A stretch of DNA of 64,000 bases from Octopus vulgaris. Its lineage: Eukaryota. Location: assembly GCA_951406725.2 (NCBI GenBank), contig OX597823.1:47430001-47494000 (forward strand), read 5' to 3'. Below are positions 1-12,670 of this stretch, in pieces (position 1 is the first letter of the stretch; every line of letters starts with the position of its first letter). A model generated the notes under the pieces. It did no database searches. It was not told the DNA's origin and worked only from the letters and a program-made list of their open reading frames with translations. The position numbers and the translations under genes are program-made.

Positions 1-299
1 AATACAATACTTTCAGATGTTATTACATGTTTTGCTTTGTTTTTGTTTTTTGTTTTTTTGTTTTTGTTTTTGTTTTTCTTTTTCTTTTTCTCTTCAGTGT
101 CAGAATTATGGGGTTGTTATGTGTTATGTTGAACTAAGAAAAATCATTTTACATATATCACTTATTATTATCTTGTCATTTAGTGAATATCAATTTCTTG
201 CACTGATCTAACCTATATTCAACCGTGCATCCACAGTACCAGCAACTTAACCGTTCTGTCTGCGAGTACACCACCACAAATATATATTACTAAAACTTA

Positions 300-560
300 A
301 TCATCATCGTCATTTAACATTTGTTTTCTATGCTCCCATGGGTTCGCTGGGGTGAGAGGATCCAGTGATCCGCAAGGCTGCATCGAGCTTCACCTGTCTG
401 GTTTGGCACGGTTTCCGTGGCTGGATGCTCTTCCTTAATGCCTTTTCCATTTTACTGGGTTGCTAGGTGATTTTTTTTTTTTTATGTCACTGGCACTAAT
501 GAAATTATTAAGTAATTTTGCACGACAGGAAAAGGGCTTGCAAATATGAAAAAAGATCTT
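300..560 (-). mobile_element. Degenerate SINE family D copy ((GAT)n-tailed, RTE-like 3' region)
   Basis: tcatcatcgtcatttaacat...catgggtt...gctggatgctcttccttaatgcc matches the reverse-strand family D copies at 31694 and 62385. Confidence 0.6.
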
Positions 561-1071
561 ACTACCAAGTGGCAGGGGTTAGAGGTAGATACATGGCTAC
601 ACTGCATCATATAGAGGTCAGCTGGAGTAGTTGGGAAGGAAGATATTACCCTAATTCTCAGTCTGTTAGATATTGTATTTTTAAGGATTATGTATCGTGT
701 ATTGTGTGTTTCTATCATCATCATGTTACTTCTTTTTCTTGTGTCGGCATGGGTTACATGGATGTCGCTATATAATGTCACCACTTGTTACTGTGTTTTA
801 TCACATAGCACACACAGCCTTAGAGGAAAATCACCAGTCTTTCTTGTTTGCATGTCTTGTGTGCTTGTTCCTTTGTTTGGTGACAATCATCTGCTGTCAG
901 CATCAGTTAGACAAACATATAATATCGAGGCATTCTTTTACAGCCAGACACCCTTCCACTTCTTAACCCCCTCCCACACACACACACACACACACACACG
1001 CTAACGCCTGATTTGCATACAAATGAGCTTTTCTTTTTAACTTACCTTTAAAAGTACACAACTAGAAGATG

Positions 1072-1118
<47 letters not shown>

Positions 1119-1119
1119 G

Positions 1120-1280
1120 ATTGGCTTCTTTGTGCTTCCACTCACCAAATCCACTCACAAGGCTTTGGTTAGCCTGAGGTTATAGAAGATTCTTGACTGA
1201 GGTGCCATGCAGTGGAACTGAACCGGGAACCACATGGTTGAGAAACAAACGTCTTACCACATAAACCATGCCTGTGCCTA
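1120..1280 (-). mobile_element. SINE family A, 5' half (tRNA-like head)
   Basis: ccaaatccactcacaaggctttgg...gcagtggaactgaaccgggaaccacatggttg is the reverse complement of the family A head seen intact at 40463. Confidence 0.85.
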
Positions 1281-1762
1281 TGTCAACGAACATTAATATT
1301 TTTAGCTCACCGCATACAAAATGTAAAATGTAAACAGTAAACACACAGATACAAACATGCACCCTCAGACACATACATACATACACACACGCATGCACAA
1401 CAATTTTTTTACTAAATGCACATCAAAGGTACTAACTGGCTTGAGCTGCAGTGAGACTCAGCTGAAGACTGTGTTTTATGAAAAAGAGCTGCTCAACTGT
1501 ACAGCCTCATAGCTATGCCTACATGTACACATACACACACACTGACACATACACGCACACATACACACTCACGCATTAGCCACTGAGTTATGTTACTTCG
1601 TTATTGTTTTGTTATAATATATATTAGTTCCAGTGTCTTTCATCGAGTATATAAGACTCAGTCTCTCGACTCTACTTCATTACTGAGATACTGAAAAATC
1701 TCTCTCTCCCTCTGTCATATTGTTTGTTTTTATGTTCAGTTATAATAAAATCAATTTCACAT

Positions 1763-1992
1763 GGTGGCGAGCTTGGCAGAAACGTTAGCACGCCGGGCGA
1801 AATGCGTAGCCATATTTCGTCGGCCGTTACGTTCTGGGTTCAAATTCCGCCGAGGTCGACTTTGCCTTTCATCCTTTCGGGGTCGATAAATTAAATACCA
1901 TTTACGCACTGGGGTCGATATAATAGACTTAATCCATTTGTCTGTCCTTGTTTGTCCCCTCTATGTTTAGCTCCTTGTGGGTAATAAAGAAA
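1763..1992 (+). mobile_element. SINE family B, long-tail variant, near full length
   Basis: ggcgagcttggcagaaacgttagc (A-box-like), ggttcaaattcc (B box), central gcctttcatcctttcggggtcgataaa, tail ccttgtgggtaataaagaaa; same element at 21703, 24441, 63575. Confidence 0.9.
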
Positions 1993-2040
1993 CAAAAATA
2001 TTATGGGTTACTCTCCGCATTTGTTGAGTACAAATTTATT

Positions 2041-2809
2041 ATTCTCAAACAAGACTACTATTGACATTGATTTCAAAGTTTTGGCCAGTCAAGCCATTGT
2101 CGGACTGTGATGCATTGAAGTTGATCTTGGTTATATATCTGTTGAGTTAAAATCTTCCTTGGGCATATGTGTTTGAGTGGAGTGATTATTAGGTTTTAGG
2201 GTGGGTTATTATGGAGAGATGTTTTTATACTAACCACATAGTATGCAGAACTAATAACCTTCATCTTACAAATAAAAACAGGAAGTATATATTAGTTTAT
2301 ATATATATATAACAACAAACAAACTGACCAGTTTAAAAATACCACCTACTTACATTCCTTTGTTAACCCCTAAAAGAATTAGATTACAAAAAAGTTGACA
2401 CACCCAATTAGGAAGGTTTTAAATTCTGGACTTTGTATGTTTGACCTTCTTTACATTGTCAAAGCAAAGGATTAAAACCAAAAATAATTAAACTACTGAT
2501 ACATCCTTTAAGTACCTACTGAGAGGAACAGACCTAGATATGCACACTTGCTTGCAAAGTTCTACATATGAGGATAAATTCTAAACAATACCATAACCCT
2601 AAATTTAATCATTAAAAATTTCTCCAAAGCACCACTCCATAACAACCCACCCTAAAACCTAAAACCACTACAATCAAACCCATATACTGAAGATTTTAAC
2701 TCGACAGAGACTATAAAGCCAAGATTAACTTCAAAATCATTGCAGTCCGACAATGGCTTAACTAACAGTTACTTCAAAGTCACTGTCAACAGTATTCTTG
2801 TTTAAGAAT
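2041..2809. repeat. Long inverted repeat (~185 bp arms, ~400 bp spacer), fold-back-like
   Basis: 2041-2225 aligns to the reverse complement of 2626-2809 (aagccattgtcggactg / cagtccgacaatggctt; gagttaaaatcttc / gaagattttaactc; taggttttagggtgggtt / aacccaccctaaaaccta). Confidence 0.9.
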
Positions 2810-3604
2810 TACATATATATATATATATATTGTATGTAATGTGCATACACACATCACACATTGACAACTGTGAAGTCGTCATCCCTATATTACAAAAAAC
2901 AAAAAGAAAATGGAAGCTGTGCAATAGAATGTTAAAAACAATGTTATAATTTAATAATGTGATAATTTGACTGTGTGTGACAGGAAACATCATATCAATG
3001 GCTTTTTTCACTGATAGTACCTGACATTCCTTTGTAAAGCAGAACAACTAGAATGAATTGCTCTTTTTTTTTCTCCCCTCTGCGTTTGTGTTTGTCTAAA
3101 TGTATAATTGTAACTATAATGTCAGTGCCAAAGATATGCAGCGTGTGTATACCTACCTACATACATGCATTCATACATCCATACATATGTATGTGTGTGC
3201 ATGCATGTTTTTTTTCTACCTTTATCCCTGATATATTTTAATGGAAAGGTAATCCAGTATACAAACATCATATCCATAATAGAATATAATCATTTTGCAC
3301 TTGTCACTCGAGGTATTCGTATAAAAATATCTTGTGTATACCTTTTAATAAGACACAACATCATTTAGCTGAGATACAGCTATGTGGAGATGCAACTTAT
3401 GAGAAGTAGCAGTCAAACGTCCCCCACCCCACCCATACTAGGTTTAAGAGGGATTATTTAATCCTAAGAAGTATTATTCAGGAACAAAAAGGAAAAAGAC
3501 CTAGTCGGTTTGGCCATGGCTATTTGTTTGTTCAAATAAAGCTGACCTAGTACTAACATAACATTAAAGACAGCAACATTTATAATTAGATCTTTATCGC
3601 TTAT

Positions 3605-3966
3605 ATCTTTTACTTGTTTCAGTCATTAGACTGTGGCCATGCTGGAGCACTGCCTTGAAAAATTTTTAGTTAAATAAATTGACCCCAGTACTTTATTTTT
3701 TTTTCAAGCCTAGTACTTATTCTAGCAGGCTCTTTTGCCGAACCAGTAAATTACTGGGATGTAAGCACACCAACACTGTTTGTCAGGCAGTAGTGGAACA
3801 CAAACACACACACACACATGACGGGCTTCTCTCAGTTTCCATCTCTACCAAATCCGCTCAGTCTTTGGTCAAATGTCTTCTACTATAGCCTCATGCCAAC
3901 CAAAGTGCCATACAGTGCAACTGAACCTGGAACCATGTAGCTAGGAACAAATCTTCTTATCACACA
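3605..3966 (-). mobile_element. SINE family A
   Basis: ttttacttgtttcagtcattagactgtggccatgctgg tail, internal (CA)n, head remnant ctgaacctggaaccatg. Confidence 0.85.
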
Positions 3967-4140
3967 TTAATCTATATCACTATACAAGCATCTTACATAG
4001 ATCCTTAGATACTGCCATCTTACACAAGTCTATAGAAAGACACAACCTTCTTAGTTAGCTCCCTAACTGTAATTACGCAGATAAATTACTGTTAAAAATT
4101 AGCTTACACAAATCTATAACTGAATATGCTCACCTAATAC

Positions 4141-4232
4141 TGATCTATTGAATATAATCACCTTACAGCGATCTGGTGATGGATATAATTACATTACAGT
4201 GATCCAGTTCTGGATATAATCACCTGACAGAG
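4141..4232. repeat. Degenerate ~31-bp minisatellite, 3 copies
   Basis: gatct..tggatataatcac(c/a)t(t/g)acag unit repeated three times. Confidence 0.7.
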
Positions 4233-4786
4233 ATAAGTTTGATAGTAATCACTTTAGTAAAACCTAGCGAAGCTTGTTATCATTTCATGTAATTCAAACA
4301 CTCAATTAGAAAGTAAGTTAGCATAGAGCATCAAATAATTAAATAGATTTAGTACAAATGTACACTCTATTGGATTTAATTGTAGTTATTCAAAAATATT
4401 ACAAAGTTATATCATAGAGTATGAACTAGTTTAGAAAATGAGCTGCAGATACATAGTCTTGTGCTGTTAACTTAACTAACTTGCATATTATTAAGTTGCC
4501 TTAGAGCATGGACATCTTAGAGGTTTAGTTTGAAATATAGTGTGGTGTATATTTAATTGGAAATGTGCAGTTGTCTATCAGCAATGAAGTGTGGGGTTTT
4601 TTGCTGTGGGTTGGACTGAAGGTTTCACTCATGGTTTTCTTAGGTTATTTTAGACTACTAAGACTGATGTAGTTAATGTGTCACTTCAATACTTATGAGT
4701 AGAAATGTCCAGAAAGAGCATGGGGGTGGGGAATGAAAAACAACGTCCAGAGAGTCGGCATTCTGGGTATTCAGATCAGTGTAGAC

Positions 4787-4980
4787 CAGTGGTTCTCAAT
4801 AGAAGATTTTGTTGTTAAAATTTATATGTAATAACTTGTGTTGTGTCTGGGGAGAGACATTCTCTTTTGGTGCCTTATAAATTTGCTATACTTTTACAAT
4901 ATATAAAATATTTTAACAATTCTTTTTTTATACAATTCCTAATAATATTTAATTAAAAAAATATAATAGGATTTAATGTA
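4787..4980 (+). mobile_element. Truncated hAT-like MITE
   Basis: Left TIR cagtggttctcaa; body (aagattttgttaaaatttat...tacaattcctaataa) homologous to the two-ended copy at 51047-51304. Confidence 0.7.
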
Positions 4981-4983
4981 ATA

Positions 4984-5424
4984 GTGAAAGAGGTAGTATG
5001 GTGGACCTGTTTGAAAGGACTAAAGATAGACACATACCTCTTTGGCCAAGCCCTCATCAACTTTTTCAAGTTTCATTTGAAAAGGAAGTTGAGGGTGGAA
5101 AGGGAAGTATTGCCTTGTAGTAAGTTTGTTGAAAGGTGGGTGAATGTTAGAAGAATGGCCAGTGTGAAAGGACCAATTCTGAGTGTTCACCAGTAAACAA
5201 AAGGAGAAGGGCTCTTGCACTGTTGTTCAGTCACCCATGGCTTTTGCAGGTTTTTCCAAGAGGTCCTTAAAGTGCCTCCCAGTTTTAAATTGTTTAATTT
5301 TTAATTGTTATTTATATTGTTTACACATTGTAAAACTCATTGTATCATCCTGTCTTTTTGTCTTTTATGTTATTGTAAGTCTTTTAATGTAATTTTATGT
5401 GAGCCCTTGTGGCCAATAAAAGAA
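4984..5424 (+). mobile_element. 5'-truncated L1/Tx1-like LINE: ORF2 C-terminus, 3' UTR and polyA signal
   Basis: 4984-5196 reads VKEVVWWTCLKGL...LINFFKFHLKRKLRVEREVL..KFVERW, resembling the K..IW..R...F..RW C-terminal pattern of Tx1-clade ORF2 as I recall it; T-rich UTR ends in AATAAAagaa. Confidence 0.65.
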
Positions 5425-5556
5425 TTAATTATTATCATCGTTCTTTTTAACTCAGATTTCGTTAGAACTTCTGGAGTCTTGCATGCATTGGGACTTGCTA
5501 ACTGCAGCCTACAGTACATGCTATCTGTTATTTTTCAACTTTCTAATACTTATCTG

Positions 5557-5600
<44 letters not shown>

Positions 5601-5823
5601 GGTGGGGAGCTGGCTAAATCATTAGCATGCTGGGTGAAATGCTTAACAATAAGTATTTCGTCTGTCACTATGTTCGGGGTTCAAATTCCACCAAGGTCAA
5701 CTTTGCCTTTCATCCTCTTGGGGTCGATAAAATAAGTACTAGTTGAGCACTAAGGTCAATGTAATTGACTCATACCCTTCCTGAAAATCTGCTGCCCTTG
5801 TGGAAAAATTTGAAATCATTATT
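5601..5823 (+). mobile_element. SINE family B, short-tail variant, after (ATT)n
   Basis: gagctggc...ggttcaaattcc...gcctttcatcctcttggggtcgataaaataagtac...aaaatttgaaatcatt. Confidence 0.85.
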
Positions 5824-6591
5824 AGTACTATTTAATTTTTTTTCCTTCAGTACAAAATAATAACCCCACCAAAGGAAACCAGTTTTTATGTGTGTATTGT
5901 TTTCTAACAACAGTCTTGCCAAAGCCATTAAGTATGCTACAGAAGGGCTGAGCTTCTTTGTTAAGTTGAGAGACATTCTTTGTTTTGAAGAATTCTCAAG
6001 CCCACAATTTAATACAGAGAACAAGGGCTTGACAATTACACAAGGATTAAAGTTCTTTGGTGCAATTACTAGTTTACTAGTTACGACAAGGTTTTGGGAG
6101 AGAAACAAATGTAGCTTGAAGTGGTTTGACAACTAGTAGTTGATCCAGGTGTAATGTGCTGTAAAATGGTGTAGATGGTACAGGTGAAGGGATTTATGTG
6201 AGGGCGGAGGTGTGTGGGCTTGGTAAGATGTTTACAGCGTAATAGTTTATGTTGTTGGTGGGGCAGTTGGAACACACACACACACACACAGGGTTGTATT
6301 GTTGCGATATATTTTATGTAAGAGTTTAAGGGTGTAAAGTTGGGAAATGAAGATTCTTTGTATCTATTGTTGCAATCGTTAGACTTGTGGCCATGCTGGG
6401 GCACCACCTTGAAAAGTTTTTTTTGTTTTTAGTCGAATGAATCGACCACCATATTTTTTTCCCACCCTGCTACTTATTTTATGAGTCTCTTTAGCTGAAC
6501 TGCTAAGTTACAAGGACATACACGCATCGATACTGGTTGTCAAGCAGTAGTGGGGGACATACACACACACACATGTACACACGTATATGTA

Positions 6592-6639
<48 letters not shown>

Positions 6640-6643
<4 letters not shown>

Positions 6644-6677
6644 CTAATATAATATGAGCGTGGTGTTTTCATATATT

Positions 6678-6725
<48 letters not shown>

Positions 6726-7003
6726 TGTCCAGAATCCTGCTGGGCGTGGAGGAGGAGAGAAAATAGTAACTCAGTGAAGGAGGAGTGGTGAGAGTAATAG
6801 CCTTGACTGAGACAGAGAGAGAGATAGTAATAGCAATGAAAGGAATGGCTGAAAAAAATTCAGTGTTTCAAATCTGTGTGAGTATATGTGTATGCATGTA
6901 AAAGGAAAGTATGTTAATGCTTGTATGTCTGATTATTATGTACCTTATTTATATATAAAATACTACAATTAGCCGTCATTATTGACAGAGTGTGGTCAGC
7001 TAG
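6640..7003 (+). mobile_element. Non-autonomous Helitron-like element
   Basis: Starts A|TC (tctcctaatataat), subterminal hairpin ccgtcattattgacag, ends CTAG|T; inserted at AT within (TA)n; no TIR or TSD. Confidence 0.7.
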
Positions 7004-7050
7004 TATATATATGTAGATAGCGAATCATATGAAGTTAAATATATGTCGAG

Positions 7051-7118
7051 TTGTAGAGTGACCAATGGTTTCACATCCATAAAGCACTTAACCTTATAGA
7101 CGACTCATCACACTCCAA
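7051..7118 (-). ncRNA. Type I hammerhead ribozyme motif, degenerate (C3 to G)
   Basis: Minus strand: ggagt-GTGATGA-gtcgtctataagg/ctttatggatgt-GAAA-ccattgGTC-actct; stems I, II and III all pair. Confidence 0.65.
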
Positions 7119-8041
7119 TGACCATGGACATATAAGCTCTCTTCAAACTGGAGATAGAAAGCTATATCGGTCTATCTATCTATCTATATAGATATATCTA
7201 TCTATATATATATAGATATATCTATCTATATATATATATATATATATTCATACATATATGCTGTGCTTCTTTCAGTTTCCATTTACCAAATCCACTCATA
7301 AGACTTTCGTTGGCCTGAGGCTATAGTAGAAGGTGTCTTGCAGTGGAACTGAACCTGGAACCATTTGGTTGGGAAGCAAACTTTTTACCACATAGCCACG
7401 CCTGTGCCTATTCTCTGAAAGAGATAAAAATGTTCTGCTTGATTCTGGTATAAAAGTTTGTCTTTGACAGGTTTGTTATTTAAACAAATGTTTGGCCTTA
7501 AGTATCTGGAGGTTACCATTTCCATTATTCTATAATTTGATAAATGTGTGACATTTCTTTTGGAGTATATGAAATTATAGCTCTTAAAGCAATATAAAGT
7601 TTTCAGTTTGGAGATGTCGTTTTGTTTATAATTTTTAATGTATATAAACTATGCTGTGTTCTTCAAGTAGACTGCACAAAAAAGCAGGGATCTTTTGCAG
7701 TGTTTGTTTTTTTAAATACTAGAGATAAGTATGTTATGATATTTGACAAACTTATCAGAGAGCTGTAGATAGTTCATTTTTGTGTTTTTATGCAGATGAA
7801 AGGTAGAACAAAACTTGAAACAAGGCTGGCGATCAGTAAAGCATGTTATAGTGTAGTTTCAAAGGGCATTTCAGTTATTATCTGATCAGTTCAAGGATTC
7901 AGTGTTAGTTGCATGATAGCATCGGCAATCTGAGTGTCTCTTACAATGTTTACTTCTGCTGCTACTGCTGTTTCAGTTGCTGTTGCTACTACTAACTACT
8001 ACTACTACTACTACTACATTTGATTATATATTTTATGTATG

Positions 8042-8096
<55 letters not shown>

Positions 8097-8375
8097 CTGA
8101 CAAAGGATGATTAGGTCAGCCTATCCACTTACCCTTTTGTGCCAGAGAAAGAACGCACATACACACAAGCCTCATCCATTCCCCCTATGCACATACTCAC
8201 ACTCTTTCTTTGTCAATTGAGATTCTGGTATTTTTACAGTTTTAAACATTAACATCCTTATTCTTTCAAGACTTTTTCCCAACATGCAAGTGCAAAAATG
8301 GCTCCAACTGTTCCAGTGTTGAAGTGGCATAGGTTTTCATTTCCCAAATGGTTAATAGAGAACATATCAAATCAA

Positions 8376-8810
8376 CCCTTTTGTTAACATATTTCTGTTG
8401 AAATACACTGCTTTGGTTTCAGTTAATTTTGAAAATAAAGAAAAAGATTTACAAAATAATTTTGTCTCGGAAACTGGTGTTTGGAACATAAAAGGGGGAA
8501 ATGAAAAGATCTTGGCTTTGGGTAAAACAAAATACAAGAGGATCAGTTATGATTTGACTCAACATATTCTCCTCTTAGATTCACATACTTATTGCAGAAG
8601 TCCTCCAGCGTTTCTAAGCTCTGTAAAAAGAACTCAGAAGGTTGGAACTCCTACCAGCCCTTTCAGGATACCCTTAAAGCCAGGAACTTTTCAGCCCCCT
8701 TGTAAATTAACATAAAATTTTGACAGAAGGCTTTAATTAAGATTACTTTAAAATTGGAAGACTGTATCATAGAACTAGGTATGATTTCAGGCGGATTGGT
8801 ATCAAAAGGG
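8376..8810. mobile_element. piggyBac-like (TTAA) MITE containing a nested mariner-like MITE
   Basis: tcaa|cccttttgtta ... ggtatcaaaaggg|ttaa; body homologous (reverse orientation) to 35729 and 57204. Confidence 0.75.
8491..8702. mobile_element. Tc1/mariner-like MITE
   Basis: TA on both sides; right TIR ggaacttttcagccccttg; homologous to 12419 and 56803. Confidence 0.8.
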
Positions 8811-10675
8811 TTAATGTAATAAAGTTTTTTGTATCTCCTTCCAAATTACCGAAGATCAGATTCCTATGAAAAATGCCCTAAGACAAAAAAAAAATCACTC
8901 ACAAAAAAAAAAAGAAAAAAAAACAAGAAACTTGTTACCTTTTATTTGACTGAGACTGTTTACTACATTTTTTTTTAATTAGTTTTTTGCTAAGAATATT
9001 AATGTTTTAATGGCAATCATTAGAAAACTGAAATCTGAAAGGCATGCATATTTTATCACACTTTTCTGTTTCTGGACCAGAAGTTGATTTGAGCTAAGAT
9101 AGTCACCAGTTTAGTGAGGAAAAGTAAGTCTTGAAACAGAAGACTGTCTTTGGCAAATGATATTTATGCTACACTCTTGAAGTATAATCTATTTCATTCG
9201 GACAGATCTGATGGCTTTATAATATTTGGTAATTCTGCTAGTGAAAGGTACTTATGAAGAAAACTTTTAAAGATCTCATAACAGATGAGCTTTCGATTGT
9301 TCATCTTGCATAAAGAAGCATGTCGGCTGCTGCCATTGTTGCTTATATTACCATTTTTATGTTGGTGTTTCTCATATATCTTTGTGCCTAGTTATTTTAA
9401 GATATATGAAGGAACATTTTAAACTGAAGTGGTGGGTGTTATGAAATCTATTTAGCTATAAAAAAAAGTGTTTCTAATAACGGATGCAAATATCTAAATT
9501 TCCATAATCATTCAAGACAAAATGTTTTTGTTTGGACACCATAGCATCTCATAAATTTCAGCTTCTTTGAAATGATTTGTCTTCTCTTTGAAGCTGTTCC
9601 ATTTTCTGTCATATCTATTCAGTCACTACCAACCTAATTAATTCAGCTGCTGATATTGCCTCACTTTCCCCACTACCTTTCCTTCAAATATTATGTTGTC
9701 CACTGCTAACTTCAGTCACATTACCTGTGACATTTATTATTTTCAATTGAAATGCAATAATTTAATAGCAACATGAAATAAAAAGAAGCCTCTCTTTCTG
9801 CGACAAGCTTCCAACTACACATATTAAAACGAACTGTCTCAAGTAACGCTGTCTGAAAGTGTTATAATGTTAGCATTGCAATTAACAGTGCCAAAAGCAC
9901 ATTGCTTTCTTTCTAGGATCAATAATGGTAAAGATATATTTTTGATCCTTTTGAAAGGCAAAATACATTCATCATTGGAATACTATTTCTATATCTGAGA
10001 TGAGACATCCTTTTCTTTTAGGATATACTAAATGAATCAAAAACAAGGCCAGTATAATGATAACCCTTTACTTACTGTTTTTCAAAAATTCTCAGATATC
10101 TTATAAGAATATTGCTGATTCCTATTTAAAAAAAAAGCAAATCTAAGCATTCAGTTATCCTCAAAGAATATATATTTGTAAATGAGCCTAATTTTTCAGA
10201 CTTATATCTGTTATAACACTTTTGCTGCAAACCTTTTCCCATGCGCTATAAGATTTTGTGACTTACTACATTCTTTGAAACATAACCCAGAATCTCTAAC
10301 CAAATAGTCGAGATTATATTAGAACTGAATATTGATGTAGTCACCAATGTCATTTTGTAAAAAGTGTTGGTTTTTTTTTTTAATGTGGGTCTGTTGTTGA
10401 AATATGTTTACAAATTTTAGCTTATTTGCTGTATTTGTATATAACAACATGGTACTAAATATGTTTAGATATGTAAAAGTACGCCTAAGACAATAGCCTT
10501 CTTATTTAGCACGCATTAAAGAAAATAAAAATCTATGCTACTAAATATTGAATATTTATATATCAATACTAGTTTCTGTTAAAATGCATATGTACGCACA
10601 TTGTACGCATGCAGTCGTGTAGTGCTTTAACTGATGCAAATTGTGTGCATACAGGAAAGTGTTGTGCTCTGAAAT

Positions 10676-10724
<49 letters not shown>

Positions 10725-12098
10725 GCTTTAACTGATAGCTTAGTCACATGAGTTTGATGAAGCTGTTGGAGGCAGTTTTGTTAAGGAATATGTGTTTGGC
10801 ATTGTAACCACTGTTTTCTTACACCAAAGCTACTCTCAGCTGACTGCACACTACATTAATGATATCTGTATAGAGTGCAATGTTGCAGAATTCTTTGTTA
10901 CAAAGCATCGTTGCCATATTTGTAATTCCTACATAGAAAAAGAGAATACAAGTATTTGCACAGCCATTATTAAGTAGAGAGAATGATATATATTTATTAT
11001 GATGTAATTACATTCACAACTTGATGTTGAATTAATTATTTATATTTGATGATAGTTTAAAAACACATGAGAAAAATTAGCTAAATTCCTGAGGTCAATT
11101 CCTCAAATTCTCTTAGGAAATTTTCTGCTTGTCTATTATCAAGAGTTTAGAACTGAAATTCTCTTCCATTCTTCATTCCTTGTGCTTTCTTAACGGTTGA
11201 GAAAAACTAGGCATTCCGTTTCCTTCTAGAATTCTTTTAGTACATTTGTTGTTTTGTAGTTATTTTAGGACTGAAGTGAAAATAGTGAAGTTGACATGGG
11301 TCATATCTACTGCAAAAACTTCTTACTCAGGGTTAATTATTGGCTGAAATAGACTGGCATCATATCTAGTGAATGTATGTCCTTTATTAAAACATTTATT
11401 GATGAATCCAAAGTAAAGCAGATGCATTGCTTAGCTCTAAGCCAGATCTGATCTAGCAGATTCAGTTGTTCCATTAGTGATCATCCCATCTATGCCAGTT
11501 AGGGACTACGTTGTCATCTTTAAAAAAAAAAAGTAGTGAAGAGCACATTGAGTTAAAGTGAGACCAGAAGGGAATTTGGCTGCTATTTCTAGCTGCTCCA
11601 GTGACCACATAAAGGTTCCACTTGTTGGCTTATCAGCTACTTGAAAATTTATTCTCTGTGGTTTCACGAAGCATTACTTCAATGGAGAAGGCAACTAAAG
11701 AATCTGAATATAATCTCAGCTTGAACTTTATTAAAAACAAATCAATCAATGCTTGTCAGACAATTAAGCTAAAAATGAACACGCGCAAACACACATACAC
11801 ATACACACATGCATGCAAGCGTGTGTGTGTCCATGTCCACAGTATGCCTATTCAGAGTAGTAATCTTAGTTGTAGAGTAAATAATTACACTTTGCTTCCT
11901 TATTAAGGATTTTTGAATCCTGTTTGAAACTTTAAACACAGAGAGAGAGAGAGAGAGAGGAGGTAGTGGGGCAGAATTTGTAAGGCTGCATCTAGTTTGA
12001 GGCTCTAAGTTTGCTGTTGAGATATTTTTTTCTTAAATTGACTTCAAAATCTAGATCAAGATACGCATGTGTGTGTATATATATATATATGTGTGTGT

Positions 12099-12403
12099 GG
12101 AGGCACAATGGCCCAGTGGTTAGGGCAGTGGATCCGTGGTTGTAGGATCGTGGTTTCGATTCCCAGACCGGGCGTTGTGAGTGTATATTGAGCGAAAACA
12201 CCTAAAGCTCCACGAGGCTCCGGCAGGGGATGGTTGTGATCCCTGTTGTACTCTTTCGCCACAACTTTCTCTCACTCTTTATTCTGTTGGCCTGCTCGCT
12301 TAGCCAGTGGGGTGGCATCATTTGAAGGCTAAAACAATGCGAAGCGCATTGTGACCAGTGATGTGTAGCAACATTTGATAGCCTGGTCGGTCACGGTGAT
12401 CAC
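12099..12403 (+). mobile_element. tRNA-derived SINE (octopus OR-type by recollection)
   Basis: A box tggcccagtgg, B box ggtttcgattcc, about 300 bp, ends ggtcacggtgatcac; lies within (TA/TG)n. Confidence 0.75.
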
Positions 12404-12418
12404 ATATATACATACATA

Positions 12419-12635
12419 TGACGGGGTGCTGAAAAGTTCCTGGTTTTGGATAAAAGAAAATACAGGAGGATCAGTTAATTATGATTTTATACAACATATT
12501 CCTCTCTCAGGTTCACACATGTAATGTAGTCATCCTTCAGTTTTCCTAAGCCCTGTAAAAGAACTCGGAGGGTAAGGCTTCCAACCAGGCCTTTCACAAA
12601 ACCCTTAAAGTCAGCAAATTTTCAGCATCCCCTCA
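12419..12635. mobile_element. Tc1/mariner-like MITE
   Basis: TA|tgacggggtgctgaaaagttcc ... aattttcagcatcccctca|TA. Confidence 0.85.
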
Positions 12636-12639
12636 TATA

Positions 12640-12670
<31 letters not shown>

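Larger units (their letters stand above)
6360..7409 (-). mobile_element. SINE family A interrupted in its internal microsatellite
   Basis: Tail at 6360-6560 and head at 7260-7409 are separated by (TA)n containing a Helitron and a hammerhead-bearing insert. Confidence 0.8.

Noticed and set aside
690-1004. ORF with a signal-peptide-like N-terminus
   Set aside because: The hydrophobic stretch overlaps an eroded SINE D tail (catcatcat...ggcatgggtt) and the ORF ends in (CA)n
1455-1500. Hammerhead-like CTGAAGA...GAAA
   Set aside because: Stems II and III do not pair convincingly
5770-6407. Overlapping 80-120 aa ORFs
   Set aside because: No recognisable domain, and their ends run into SINEs; perhaps an unclassified repeat fragment
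9080-9123. Exon bounded by CAG and GTAAGT
   Set aside because: Stops in all three frames within a few codons; cannot be supported as coding
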